DNA of 63,386 nt, filler included, from Circinaria calcarea (lineage: Eukaryota), in the NCBI GenBank assembly GCA_051942165.1. It is 8 parts of 8 records of this genome, joined end to end, with 100 filler letters (N's around TTAATTAATTAA, not from the genome) between each part and the next. Parts side by side here need not be neighbours in the genome. Positions count along the whole stretch, not along the records: positions 39,699 to 47,529 come from JAVECS010001237.1; positions 47,630 to 55,458 come from JAVECS010001238.1; 6 more parts are not named here. One strand, written 5' to 3'. The notes beneath the pieces were generated by a model that was not told where the DNA came from, made no database searches, and was given only the letters and a program-made list of their open reading frames with translations. Positions 40,922-52,686 of this stretch are shown here, piece by piece (position 1 is the first letter of the stretch; every line of letters begins with the position of its first letter). The translations under genes were made by a program, and so were the position numbers.

Positions 40922-42480
40922 TCAACCCAGCCGCCTTCGGATTTTGGAGCGTGACTTGCTTCTATCGACTGTGGAACTCAGCCTAGAGAGTCTTGGCCAG
41001 TAGGCGCCACAATCGAGACAGAAATAACGAGCTTTGCTGAATCCCATGGCACCGTACCAGCCCTAAAAGATGCGGTTGGGATATCCCGGAGGATTTGGCC
41101 CCATACTGATGTGGTTTAATAAGATCGGCAACCACCCAGCGTCGGGACAGAAAGCGCCTGGTAATGCTATAAAGGTCGTTGCCAGGTGCTCCTATCGGAC
41201 CTAGGTTAACCGAAAGTTTACGATACTGCCGCGCTTCGTGCCGCCCTAATCCACGCGGGGGGACAACACCAGAGTATCGTGGGTGCACCAAGCTTATCCC
41301 GTGGACTGAAGACGTGGGCTGTAACCTGCTCAAAAGGTATAGATTAGAACGCGGTGAGCGATTAGAATTATTAAGGCGGGGAATATAACATAAAGAAGAA
41401 AAGCAATATTGTTGACTCGTTTGACTCCGGTCTTGATTCCATCCTTTAGGTCGGTGATGGCTTGTTTGATGTATTGGGTTATCTTGCCCAGCCCGAAAGC
41501 CTGAACTTGCCTTTAAAGAAATATTAGCTGTGGCAGGGGGTTGTGTATATCCCGAGAACACCGGCTCGGGTGTCTGTTTGTGATGAGTTACAAACTGGTG
41601 GAATAGGTACTGCATGCACCGCGCACCCCTAGTTAAACGACGATGAAAAGCTAAGATCTCATCGGTGCGTATTATCACGTGTTCCCGCAGCTGGCGCAGA
41701 GCCCGTAGTTGATATTATATGAAATTTACAAATGCATCCTCCAGCGAATCTAAATATGAGGTATTCGATAGGATGAAAAGGTCGGTATAATCCTCGTCAG
41801 GGTATAGAAAGTCTGTCGAAATTATGCTGAGAGGTTGACGGAAAAGGGACGGGTCGAGTTCCCATGATAAAACGAGGCTAAATCTGGCTTCGATAGCTTT
41901 AACGGTTTTATAGGCGATATATCCGGCGCCTATAGAAAATATTTAATCAAAATTAATCAATTATAGTTTGTCGTGCATACGCACCCAGAATCTGGTAGGC
42001 CATATCCTAATTAATATTAAATAACAATTTGACGACTTCCTGGCGGGATACAATAAGAATGCCAGGATTAAAAGCGCGGATCCAGGGTCTTATAAAACTG
42101 CCATGCTGAAACTCTAATACATCCAACAGGCTTGCCAAGGTCCATTCGTAAACCCCGCGGTTAACGGCTCTTCTGTGGTACTAGAACGAGGTCCAAATTT
42201 CTTCGGAAGCTGCTCCAGGTGGCTTGGGAAATAAAGATAAATAATCATCTTCCCGACGAGGGATTCGACACATGATCAACAGACGTAGGGGATCACGAGT
42301 CATCACATTATTATGCCATACGGTGTGTTCCCGCTGCCAAGCTACAAGACTTTGATGGCTGCGTCCAAGCTTAGCCACTTTGTCGTTCAACACGATCATA
42401 AAGGAGTTCATGATGGAGTTCTCAATTGACAGCAAAGTGGGGCAATAGCTTAAGAATGGCGTTCCATTTGGGAGGTTTAG
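40922..42480 (-). pseudogene. Multi-exon gene of unknown family inactivated by TAG/TAA stops (RIP-like)
   Basis: Long reading frames broken only by TAG/TAA (..EEIWTSF*YHRRAVNRGVYEW..; ..AFVNFI*YQLRAL..; ..NRIF*GWYGAMGFSKARYFCLDCGAYW..), with recognisable intron signals. Confidence 0.6.
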
Positions 42481-43472
42481 CTAAATTTTGTTATGCTCGG
42501 AGAATGTTAGGCAGGTGCGGAATAACTGTACTCCCAGCCAATCCATACCCTGCTCCGGAGGGAGCCCCAGTCTAGCTTTACGTAGCTCCAATGTTATTTA
42601 CAACGGAGCTATGTTATGCTAGTGGGACCACTTCTCACCAATATAGAGGCGCAGATTTTAGGCCAGCATGGTCACTTAGATCTTCCCACATCAGGCTTAA
42701 GGTGTCGGTGCCAGCCTTCCGTACATAACACACCTCTTACAGAATTTTGCTAAACCTACCATTGCTTGAATGATAATAACGTTGGTTTCATCCTAGCTGA
42801 CATTGTATGACGTAGAGGTGGCTGCAAGACACTGTCAAAATCTGTCGCTGGTTTATCAGTCGAAAGGACTTGCTAATTATTGATGTGGTGTGAATGTCAC
42901 AGAGCCAGAAGCACTTTGCTAAGGCGGCGATGCCAAGAAATAACAAGCGAGGTTAATGTGCAAGGGTGCTGTCTGGAGTGGCACGCACTTGACTAAAAAC
43001 ATTGCAACCCTGAATTACCCCCAGCCGTAGCTACTAACCCTTCCAGCCTAGAATTACGGTCGGGGTTACAAAGATTTTTGGTCAACCGCCATGTACACGG
43101 TCAGTTGGTGGACGGGTTTATCAATCAAATTAGGTTTAAGTCCTAATAACGCTGTTTTTTGGCGACTTGGTTGGTGGCCCCGTCCTGCTTTCTATAACAC
43201 GCAGCATAGCATAGTACGCGGCATGGCAGCACACGCAGCATAAAATGGCATAAAGCTCAGTATAAAGCAAAATACGCTACGCTGAATGTAGTAAATTTTC
43301 TCCCTAATAGGGTAAAAAACTAGGCTTAATCGAGCGAAAAACTAAAACCTTTTAAGCCAATTTTGAGGCCAGAGTGCGAATACCGCAAGATTTTGCTTCG
43401 GTTCGGAAAATCTCCCGCCGAGGTAAACCCTTTTCATTTCGTTTCAGGGCATTCTTGTAGTTTGCCGATGAC

Positions 43473-45196
43473 TTATTTAACCCGAAATCTGACACCGTTT
43501 ACATATCTCTTCGGCTCAGCAATAAGCATATCACTATAGATGTCCACATCATCCCTCGTTGTCTCGTATAATTCCAGGTTGACTCTTGTACAGATCGAAG
43601 CCATCATTATATAAAGTTCCGCCCAGGCGAGACTTTATTCTCGTTAGTTCATGACTTCTAGCTATTGGGAATTGGAATAGTGAGGCGATTCAATCTTGTC
43701 ATAGGGTGCCATAATTAAAGAGATGCGTGCCGAACTTACTTAATACCAGCACACTGCCTGGTGCCTTTTGAAAACGGTACTAGATACCGTTCCATCCGCT
43801 TTCTTTCTTGCAGATCGAGCCAACGCTCGGGAATAAAATCCAGAGGCTGCGGGAAGATGTCGGGATTCTGGTGAATAAGTGTGGACGTCATGCCTACTGG
43901 CGTACCCTTCGGAATCTCCCAATCTCGGAAGTAGATGCTGCGGTCCGGCGCAACACGAGCGAGCCGAGTGGAAACGCCGTTACTCAGCCGAAGACTTTCC
44001 ATGATTACAGACGTCAAATATGGGAGCTGTTCAAGCTGTTGTAGCTTAGCTGGCTGGTGCGGATCCCGTATGATCGATCTGATCTCGCATTGTAGTCGTT
44101 CCAGCTTCTGCGGCTGCACTGTGAGATGGTACATGGCTACAGTGAGCGTCCACGCAGTAGTAACGGCTCCAGCACCGAGTATGGCTGCCGCTTCTCCCTC
44201 TAAACGTTTCGGCGTTTTTTCCGTTGGCGGTAAGTCAGAGTGAATGATCTCGTAGAAGACGGTCCTGTGCTCCTTCTCCTCATACTTCTTGCTATCCGTC
44301 TCGGTCAACATTCTCTTGGCGATTGCATTGCAGTCTCTGAAGAAGTCTAGTAACAATTTGAACTTCGGGTTCAATAAAAGGACCAGCCAGTTAGGTAGGC
44401 TGTTCATGATATCAATCAACGGTGGAAAAAGTTTCTGTAGATAGCCCATCTCTCCGAACCCTCGCTCTAACTCGCGGAAGTCGCTACTCCATCCAGGAAG
44501 ATCGAGGTAGCCGAAGTTCGTGTCAAGGGAGTACTCTGTGATGACGTCCATTGTAAAAGCATCAAAGGCGCACTCTATTGGCACAACCTCGTCGGTATCT
44601 CTAATCCTTTCCAACTTCCTGCAGAGCTTATCGGCCAGCCGTTGTATGACTGGTTGCAATTGCGCGACGTTCTGCTTGGAGAAGAACGGATTGATGGCTG
44701 CTCGCCGCAAGCGATGGAGATCGTGATTAACAGTGCCGAATCCTGAGACAGTGTTCCCAAACGAATTCACATAGAACGGGTTCTTCTCCCACTTGCCTTC
44801 CCGATTATAGAGGCTGTCATAGTAGTCGGGATCGTTAATGTGCAGCTCGGTAGGATTAATACGAATAATAGGTCCTGAAGTCTTTGAGGTTAGCAATCCT
44901 GTTCCAACTCCTACGCTAATAGAAGGTGATCGAGACTGACCATATATAGCATGCAAATCTCTAATCTTGAATGTGTATTTGCCCCTCTTTATCACGTCGT
45001 AGTAAATCTCATATAGATATGTCGCGGCTGCCAGCTTAGGTCCTGGGAAATTTGCAATCGGGCTTAAATACAGCCTATAAATGCCTAGGCCGACGAAGTA
45101 GAGAAAGCCTATGATAAGAAACATAATGGGGAGGATGCCGCCGCGCAGATTGCCCTGAAACGAGATGTTGGAGAACGAGAGGTTATACGAATGCAT
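43473..45196 (-). CDS. Cytochrome P450 (trichodiene oxygenase-like type), 3 exons
   Basis: N-terminal anchor, SPIANFPGPKLAA, GPIIRINPTELH, GAGAVTTA, ESLRL, PERW, PFSKGTRQCAGIN|LAWAEL; last exon ends GVRFRVK* at 43473. Confidence 0.95.
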
Positions 45197-46950
45197 AGTG
45201 AATTGCTTGAATAACTATGCTATAAGAAGAGCGCTTTAAGCTGCCTCAGTGCCACCTTAGCAAGTTCCAGAGAGAAAGGAGGAGTATTGCAGAGAGGACA
45301 CTACTGTCTTCAAAGGGCATGCGTGGTATAGCCACAGCGAAAAGATAAATATGCTACTAAAATACTACGTACAGTGCTGCAAAACGTGCAGTATGTGTAG
45401 TGTGCAAAGTAGAAGAATCGGACCCAGAAAAAAGGAGTGGGAATCGCTGAGATATGGAGCCAGAAGCGCGCCCAATTAGCGTAGTTTCCCCGCCTCCTTC
45501 CCAGTACAGCCAATCGTTGTTCCACGTTTTCTTTGGCCAATATTGGTTGATAAGGGTGCTTGATTTCTCACTGCTACGACTATCGGTCTTAAGTACTAAA
45601 AGGGCTGATTATATAATCAAGCCTTATGGTATATCGTGTAATTCGCCTATTTCCGTCGCATTTCGAAAAGTCGGGTTTCATGGGGGCGGCTATGACACTA
45701 TGCTTATTGGCTACAGTTTCAATCTAGATCACAATATTATTTAAATAGTATCATGCTGCTTTAAAGCTCTTGTTCAAAGCGGCAATTGTTTCTTTTTGGT
45801 GGCGATGAAAAAGCCTCCAAAGGCGGCCATAAACACCCCGCAGAAGCGAGGTGCACCTCACCATAACCCCCGTGGCTCCGCGTGGGCGATGGGATCAATT
45901 CGACGGCATGTACTTTATTAGCCGGAATATTCTGTTTCTGATTATTCGAGGTTGGTCCGATGCTCGATCAATCTGTAGACTGCTGGTGCGAAGCTTCGAA
46001 CAAAGAGCAGCCATATCAATGCACGTGACATACCTTAGAACAACGTCCCCGTAAAGATTCGTTTCCAAAGACATCGAAGTGTATAGGGAAACCAGAGTAT
46101 TAAGGACACTACTGTGGTCGTAGGGATAATCAAACCTTATCACTACAAACTCAAAAGTGGGTGGAAAGGCACTGGCTACATGATTGACAATGCAATCCAT
46201 TTATCCAACTAGCCAAACCCGTTTGATCAACCAGACGGGCTTGCGTGGAGTTACGGACTCTTCAGCTTCACGCTGTTCCAATCAGATATCTGCCATCATC
46301 GCAGGCATTAGAGCCACCGAGCAAGAAATCGGGCCCACCAGTGCGGTAATCAACGCTTGCGAAATCATCCGCTCGAGCAGCTATTACCTGGACCTGACCA
46401 AGCAATTTTGAAGAAACGGGATACTTTCCAGAGTGATGTAGGCTCTATCAATGGTATTGAAGGCCGCGTACATGGTAGATTTTATAGAAGATGGACATCT
46501 TCGATGCTGTTATTTATGTCACAGATAAGGATTTAATTCGGGGAAGTTGTGCCGATGAAGCTTGTGCCGGGATTTTCCGGCCTAATTTATCATTTAACAA
46601 CTATACCTTAGGCAATCTACCGTTCGTAGGGGTCCAAACTTTACTACTCGTCGGTCCTTGTACGGGCAACAATTCAGTCCTCCCACGAACTCGGTTCCGC
46701 CACAGGATTAAGGTACTCTGTACCAATTACACTCGTTACAGCTTTCTGTTTAAAGGCTTAGGAAGAAGACGGCGATAGCAGCTGACATACTCCGGAAGAG
46801 TAAAAGGGACGAGGAGTAACCAACCGACAAGGACAAGCCACTGTCGACCTCGAGCTCTGCCGCCTTAGCCAATTCAAACGTTTCATTGATAACTCGTTGG
46901 CTCCTTTTGATTGATCACCAGTATCTCTCCGATCCATCCGTTGACTGATA

Positions 46951-47529
46951 ATGCACGCGGACTTCCGGATGAAGTTCCACCAGTTCTTGATTCTGAGCGC
47001 GGCGGCTACCTGTGTGTCGGCTTTCTATATTCCAGGTAAGTGATCTGAGAGAATACCTATCCCTGGCGAGGTATCGTAGTGCGGCTCATAGAACTCTACC
47101 GCAGGCTACTCGATCAAGAGCTATGAGGACGACGAGGCGATACCACTCCACGTCAACAAAGTCTACTCTGACAACACCCAACTTCAATATGCCTATTACG
47201 ACCTACCATTCGTTTGCCCACCTACAGGCAAGAAACACGCCGGTCTGACAAGTGGGCGAAGCGTTTCTTTGAACCTGGGCGAGGTGCTCCGGGGCGATAG
47301 AATCACGACTTCCGACTATGACCTGGTAATGGGCCAGGATCAGGAATGCAGATATCTATGTAGCCATCGAACGGATCGGGCAGGCGTCAAGCGCGCTCAA
47401 CAGCTAGTTGAAGACGGCTATGTGGCCGAGTGGATCGTCGATAACCTTCCTGGCGCAACCAGCTTCGTCACCGTGGACAGAACCCAGAAATATTATGCAG
47501 CCGGCTTCAAAATGGGGTACAAGGACTTT
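46951..47529 (+). CDS. Transmembrane 9 superfamily (nonaspanin/EMP70, Tmn3-like) protein, N-terminal part
   Basis: Signal peptide, AFYIPG|YSIKSY, VNKVYSDNTQLQYAYYDLPFVCP, NLGEVLRGDRI, WIVDNLPGAT. Confidence 0.92.
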
Positions 47530-47629
47530 NNNNNNNNNNNNNNNNNNNNNNNNNNNNNNNNNNNNNNNNNNNNTTAATTAATTAANNNNNNNNNNNNNNN
47601 NNNNNNNNNNNNNNNNNNNNNNNNNNNNN
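47530..47629. other. Artificial contig linker
   Basis: N44-TTAATTAATTAA-N44. Confidence 0.99.
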
Positions 47630-48370
47630 CCTCCCTCCATCAAAAATCTGAAATGTTACTCCTGCAAAGGGGTGGATGTGCAAAAACTCTTCCAGCGCGA
47701 CCATCGCATTTGCCGCCACCTGCCAGGTCATGCTATCTACCCCGTTACTCCACAGATTCATCATCAGGCCGAGCGGTGCATCACCCATCATCTGGAAGAA
47801 GCCGTGGGGTATGGGGTTGTTACCGTTAGCACGTAATTCTTGGGTCGCGTGGCGAAAGGTGTTGCCGATGACGTTGAGGGCGGCGACAGTGAAGGCAGGG
47901 GGAACCCTTGGCCGGCCGGCACCGGCGATGATGAGCTGGATGTAGGTTTGGGTGGAGGGAGTGCACCAGTAGAAGTCTAAGGCGCGGGCATGAAGACTTC
48001 GGGAAGAGGGCGGAATTGTGGGTAGGGACCGTGGTCGGCGTGGGTGGAAAAAGCTGTTTAGAAAAAAGGATGGAGAGTTAATGGATTGGCTTTGCTGGTT
48101 TACCAATTGGGGAACACGAGAACGGGAGAGAAGAGGGGGGAAATGTTTATAAGGCGAGGTTAGAGGACAAAAAGGTTACACTCACGTCCCAGCCAGAGTA
48201 TGCTTAGCATTACTGCAAACCCGCTGATCTGGCGCATATTCGACGGCCGGATTTGGCCGGCGGCGCGGGACGATGGCCTTGAAGCCCGTGACGGGAGGAG
48301 AGGAGCCGAGAGGGTGAGCCAGAACGAGAGTGCTGGAGAGGACGACGGTCAGGAGAGAAATGGCACGCAT
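47630..48370 (-). CDS. Small secreted protein, 2 exons; 3' end truncated
   Basis: Signal peptide MRAISLLTVVLSSTLVLAHP; intron GTGAGT...CTAAACAG; second exon ..LHARALDFYWC...MTWQVAANAMVALEEFL...TFQIFDGG. Confidence 0.75.
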
Positions 48371-49498
48371 TTTGCAGAAGGCTCTTGAATTGGATTGAAT
48401 TGAATTGAATTAGGTCTTTTAGATTGTGCAGAGAAATTGTGGACTCCAAACGCAAAAGGGAATTAAAAGCCTTGAAGGTCAAAGATCGAAACCGAAACGA
48501 AGACCGAACCATTTAAACCCGTTGGCCCATAGTCAAACTCATTCTCGTGCGATGTGCGATGTGCGATGTGCGCTAGGTAGCGCAAATATAGTCTCATACC
48601 CTTCCGAGTCCCAGTCCCAGTCCGAGTCCTTGTCCAGGACAATATCTTTTCGAGGAAAATTAGGCACTAGTCATACTGCTCCAGGGTCAGGACTGTGAGA
48701 CGAGTATGGCGACGAGCAAGAGACAGGGACAGAGGCAGGGACAGAGACAGAGACAGAGACAGAGACACAATGCGCTCGGATACATGTACGGATATATGGG
48801 CGTACAGGACGAAGAAGGAAAAAGTAAGGTCTGAGATCTGAGAAAAGAGAGAGAGAGAGAGCGCCAAAAGAAAGCAATGCGAATTAGGATGCGATACACA
48901 TGCAGTAGATACCTGATCGATCCTATATCGCCTGTGCTACTTTTTCGCCACGCTCCCGATGCGCATACGGCAATTGTGTAAGAAATTTTATCGCGTAGCG
49001 TATGTAGCAAAATTCCAGATGGCTGATGGGCTGAAACGTGTCCCGTGCTCAGGAGTGAAACCACTTCAGTATCTTTAACTGCCGAATCTGGGAACAGGGT
49101 CGCCGCGTTTGGCCGTCAAAACCGTGAGATCAAAGACGCGCGAGGATTGGAAAATCTGGAGGGCGAGTCGGGTTTGGGCCCGGTTTCGCAGGCGAAAGAT
49201 ATGGGGGCGTTGGTCGCGAGAGCATGGGCATATTAGTTGAGTAGCAAGGGAATGGAAAGAGAGGGAGATTCAGTGGTATGCAAGTATTGAAATTGAATGG
49301 ATTTAGGTAGAAAGCGCATTTGTACATTGTTCATCTCGCCAACAACACGACGCAGCCTGGCTTTCGACTCAGACGTGAAGGTAAAGCTGCCTTGGTATGG
49401 ATAAGCTCGTCCCGTTTACCGTCTTCCCGTCGTGTAATAAGAGCCTGGCTGTCAACATTGTCTTTGCCCTCTTCCTCTCGATATGTTCCGCCGTCTGC

Positions 49499-50362
49499 TC
49501 AAGAGCTCTGTGCATAGACGGAACCTGAGTATAATGGTTCGGGATATAGTTCTTCCTTCAGGTTTACGCCCATTTCTTCCCTCAAGTCTTTTAAGTCGCG
49601 GAGATATTCGTCGTATTGGCCTTTGTTTTCGACTTTGGCTTTGATGCCTGGATTCGTGTGCACAACCGATTAGCTGCTTTGCTCCGCTAGTCATGTAATC
49701 AATTGGGCAAAGAAAAGTCTAGAGTGAGATTTGCCAGATAGGCAATCAGACGGGGCAAGCGTATCTGTGCCGTACCTTCAAAGATCCGAACGGCTGTAGG
49801 GTAGTCATTTACTCTCCTTGCGGCGCGCAGGGCAGCTGTGATGACGGAAGGAGACGGGACGAGATCATAGGCAAAGGCGTTGTTGAGGTTTCGCTACAAG
49901 GACGTATGTATTAGCAATGGGCAATGGGGGAACATGAGCTTGGGGGACATTGAACATTGAGGAATCGTACCTGGAGCTCAAAGACATCCTGAACGCCATC
50001 AAACTCCTTCTCGTATCTGCAAAGTCCCATCCCATTAGCTCCGGCCATGCCGATAGATAGCTCACGCAGCCGATACCATCCTACTCTACCGTAGACCTCG
50101 AGGCTTCCATTGGCTGATACATAGAGGTTGGGTGTAGCTTCTACCTTGCCGTGAACTCCTCAAAGCTCTCCTCATGACTATCTGCCGCTTCCTGCCCGTC
50201 CTTATCCACTGTCCTCCTGGCAGTGGTGCTGAAGCTATTGCATGTCCCAACTCCTGCGGAAGCAGCTGCCAGCACCGGTAGTCGCCGTGCCGTCGATGGC
50301 AATCGGAAGATGTGAGAGGTATGAGTGCGTGATGCCAGACGTAAGAAATGGACTGTCGACAT
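49499..50362 (-). CDS. COX6: Cytochrome c oxidase subunit Va (yeast subunit VI), 4 exons
   Basis: HEESFEEFTAR|YEKEFDGVQDVFELQ|RNLNNAFAYDLVPSPSVITAALRAARRVNDYPTAVRIFEG|IKAKVENKGQYDEYL. Confidence 0.96.
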
Positions 50363-51100
50363 TGAGAGTGGAGAGTGGGGGGAGTTCTTGGAGCTTTGGA
50401 TCTTTCGGATGTGAGGTATTTTGTCGATTGATCGAGAGTGATTGGTCTTGGCGTGAAGTGTGACTAAAAGTGGACCTAAGCTACTTATGGAGTGAAGGTG
50501 ATGACGTTTCGGACCTGATTTTGGAGACACCTTCACGATATCATCTCCTACCAGATTATACACTTACAATTTAAAAGGTGAAGACAGTTCATAAATGTTG
50601 AATAGCATCATCAAACACACGGACGAGTAACCATTCATCACCAGAATACAGTACCGCAAAGAAAGCATCATTGAACTTCGGGAACATATATCCCTCGTCC
50701 AAAGATTTACCAGGCTAGTACATCACCCTAGATGCCCACTCATTCTTGCCATTCGCTCTTTCCGGCAATGAATCTACAATTCTCTTTCGTACCACTGTTC
50801 GATCCGATAAGAGGGCGGGCTGACGGTGCTGGAACCAAAAGGATAATACAATTAGTTGCCCTAGTTTTACATAGCCTTTCGACGGTACCATCTGAATGTT
50901 CTACCCCACTCTTGTATAGGGGAAACTGAGCTCGCTTTGTTTTACAGAGTGGTGACTGATGACCCGATTGAGGAAAGTCGGGTTGAAGAATACTTTCTTT
51001 AGGGCATGGGGTATTAAGATGTGCGCTTGGTATTTTTCAATGCCCAGTCTCGCCGGTTGGTTAGTCCAGCAGATTACCTTGCTAGAGCTAAGGTTTTCTT

Positions 51101-51690
51101 CTATATGCAGCCATCTTGTAGTAGTTTAAGTCTTTCAAGGGTTTGCCGGACATGGCCTTCCTCCTGGCTCGCTGTGAGTCGTCTGGTCGACCGCCAGGTC
51201 ATTTGGCATCAAGAGCCGGTGGAAATAATTTAAGGATATCTGATCCTAACTTGGGCTGAGACGTTGCTGGCCTTTTCTTCATCGGTATCGTATCGATCTC
51301 GATATAGGTCCGTCTTGTTGTGGATCACCGAGAATAATGGGATTCCGAATTACATTGAGAGGGTTACCGCACGAGAAGTCGAGTGTTCCAAAAGCAAAGA
51401 TATGGACGAGACATTCTTTTTAAGAGCGCGTATGCGGCATAATCCTAACTCGCGGTCTTATAGGAAAATGGCTGAACTCAAATTGCATTAACAGCTTATT
51501 CGACTACGGATAAAGAACTCTTCTCTATCTGAGCCGCGAGAGCCACTTTCCAACTGGGCCATAAGCTTTCCAAGGTCACACTCTTTTTTTGGTTCTATAA
51601 CAGACCTGCCACCACCCCAGCAAGCTCTTTGTGCACCAGAATATCAGAGGCTTTCAGCCAGTTATTCTGACGTAGGGGAGTTAATAATGC
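51101..51690 (-). pseudogene. Decayed partner gene B, copy 1 (unknown family)
   Basis: Aligns with 54134..54760; minus-strand frames conserved with synonymous changes (ESLWPSWKVALAAQIEKSSLSVV; TLDFSCGN; YDTDEEKASNVSAQ; VRQTLERL), but with stops and frameshifts. Confidence 0.5.
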
Positions 51691-51793
51691 CACCAGAATT
51701 AAATCGCCGTCACGGCGTGACAGAGCCTTATTGAATTTGTGCTAAATTTCTAACACCACAAACTATACTTATTATTCCACCGATTATACCGAC

Positions 51794-51912
51794 CGTATTC
51801 ATTATTTCGTATTCATCATTCCGCATTCATTATTTCGTATTCATTATTCCGCATCCATCATTCCGCATTCATTATTCCGCATTCATCATTCCGCATTTAT
51901 TATTCTGCATTC
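51794..51912 (+). repeat. Minisatellite, 8.5 x 14 bp (CGCATTCATCATTC)
   Basis: Units read directly; all unit differences are C/T transitions. Confidence 0.92.
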
Positions 51913-51942
51913 CATTCATTGTTCAATAATTCATAAAAAGGT

Positions 51943-52488
51943 TTAAAGGCGGCTATTTCTTCTGTAAAGTTTATTCATCTAATATAATTTCTTGACGCTG
52001 GTTCCGAAGCTGCGATGGATTATTACACCAAATGTTTTGACCAGAATATAAGCTATATCGAGAGCATTTTGACTTCTCTGCCTGATTATGAAAGTCAGCT
52101 CCCGCCCTGGGAGTATAAGAGGTTAACTGTCTGGACGGTGGAAGCCAAGTACCTACTTAAGGAATTACACGCGATGATAGAATCACCCACCAAAACGCGT
52201 GGTATAGTGGCTCTCTGGCGAAGGGTATGCTTCGATACGAAAAAAGCCGACTTGCTAGATCGCTGGGTGACACGGTGTATTCTGCGGGTAAATATAATCC
52301 TTGCTAAAAGGTATGATTAACAGTTCCTAATCGCACAAACATCCTTGCTAACCGGTTTCACAAGCTTCTTGCAGATACAAGAGGAGGATGAGCCAGAAAG
52401 CCTTAATCAGAAAGCCCTTGGGAGAAACCAGCTAGAAGAAGAGGATTTGCCAAGAAGCCTTGGGCAGAGAGGCCTTGACAACATATAG
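51943..52488 (+). pseudogene. HeLo-like/SesA-like stand-alone domain gene A, copy 1; N-terminus disabled, ORF restarts at ATG 52015
   Basis: Paralogue of 54922..55458 (QLP..EYKRLT.W, TRG, RR..FD.KKA). Same 54-nt intron (52311..52364). The codon aligned with the ATG is TTA, and there is a TAA at 51985. Confidence 0.65.
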
Positions 52489-52686
52489 AGAGGCCTTGAC
52501 AACATATAGAGAAGCGGAGAAGAGAGAACAGTGTATTAACGCGTGTTATGCTCTTAATATTCTGTGGAATTCATATGCTCATCAGCGTGATACTTTTCAC
52601 CTATGCCATAATTATATTCCAAGTAACATGATCGAAAGTAATTATCAGTTGCCATTCAGCCATACGAGAACCTATATTTGATAATT

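Noticed and set aside
46080..46720. Possible short-chain dehydrogenase remnant (KDTTVV..GWKGTGY; EQEIGPTSAVINA)
   Set aside because: Too degenerate, with no catalytic YxxxK found; cannot be supported without a search.
48545..48860. (TGTGCGA)3, (GACAGA)n and (GA)n tracts
   Set aside because: Ordinary intergenic microsatellites.
51794..51912. Tandem repeats as a CRISPR array
   Set aside because: Head-to-tail units without unique spacers, no cas genes, eukaryotic context.
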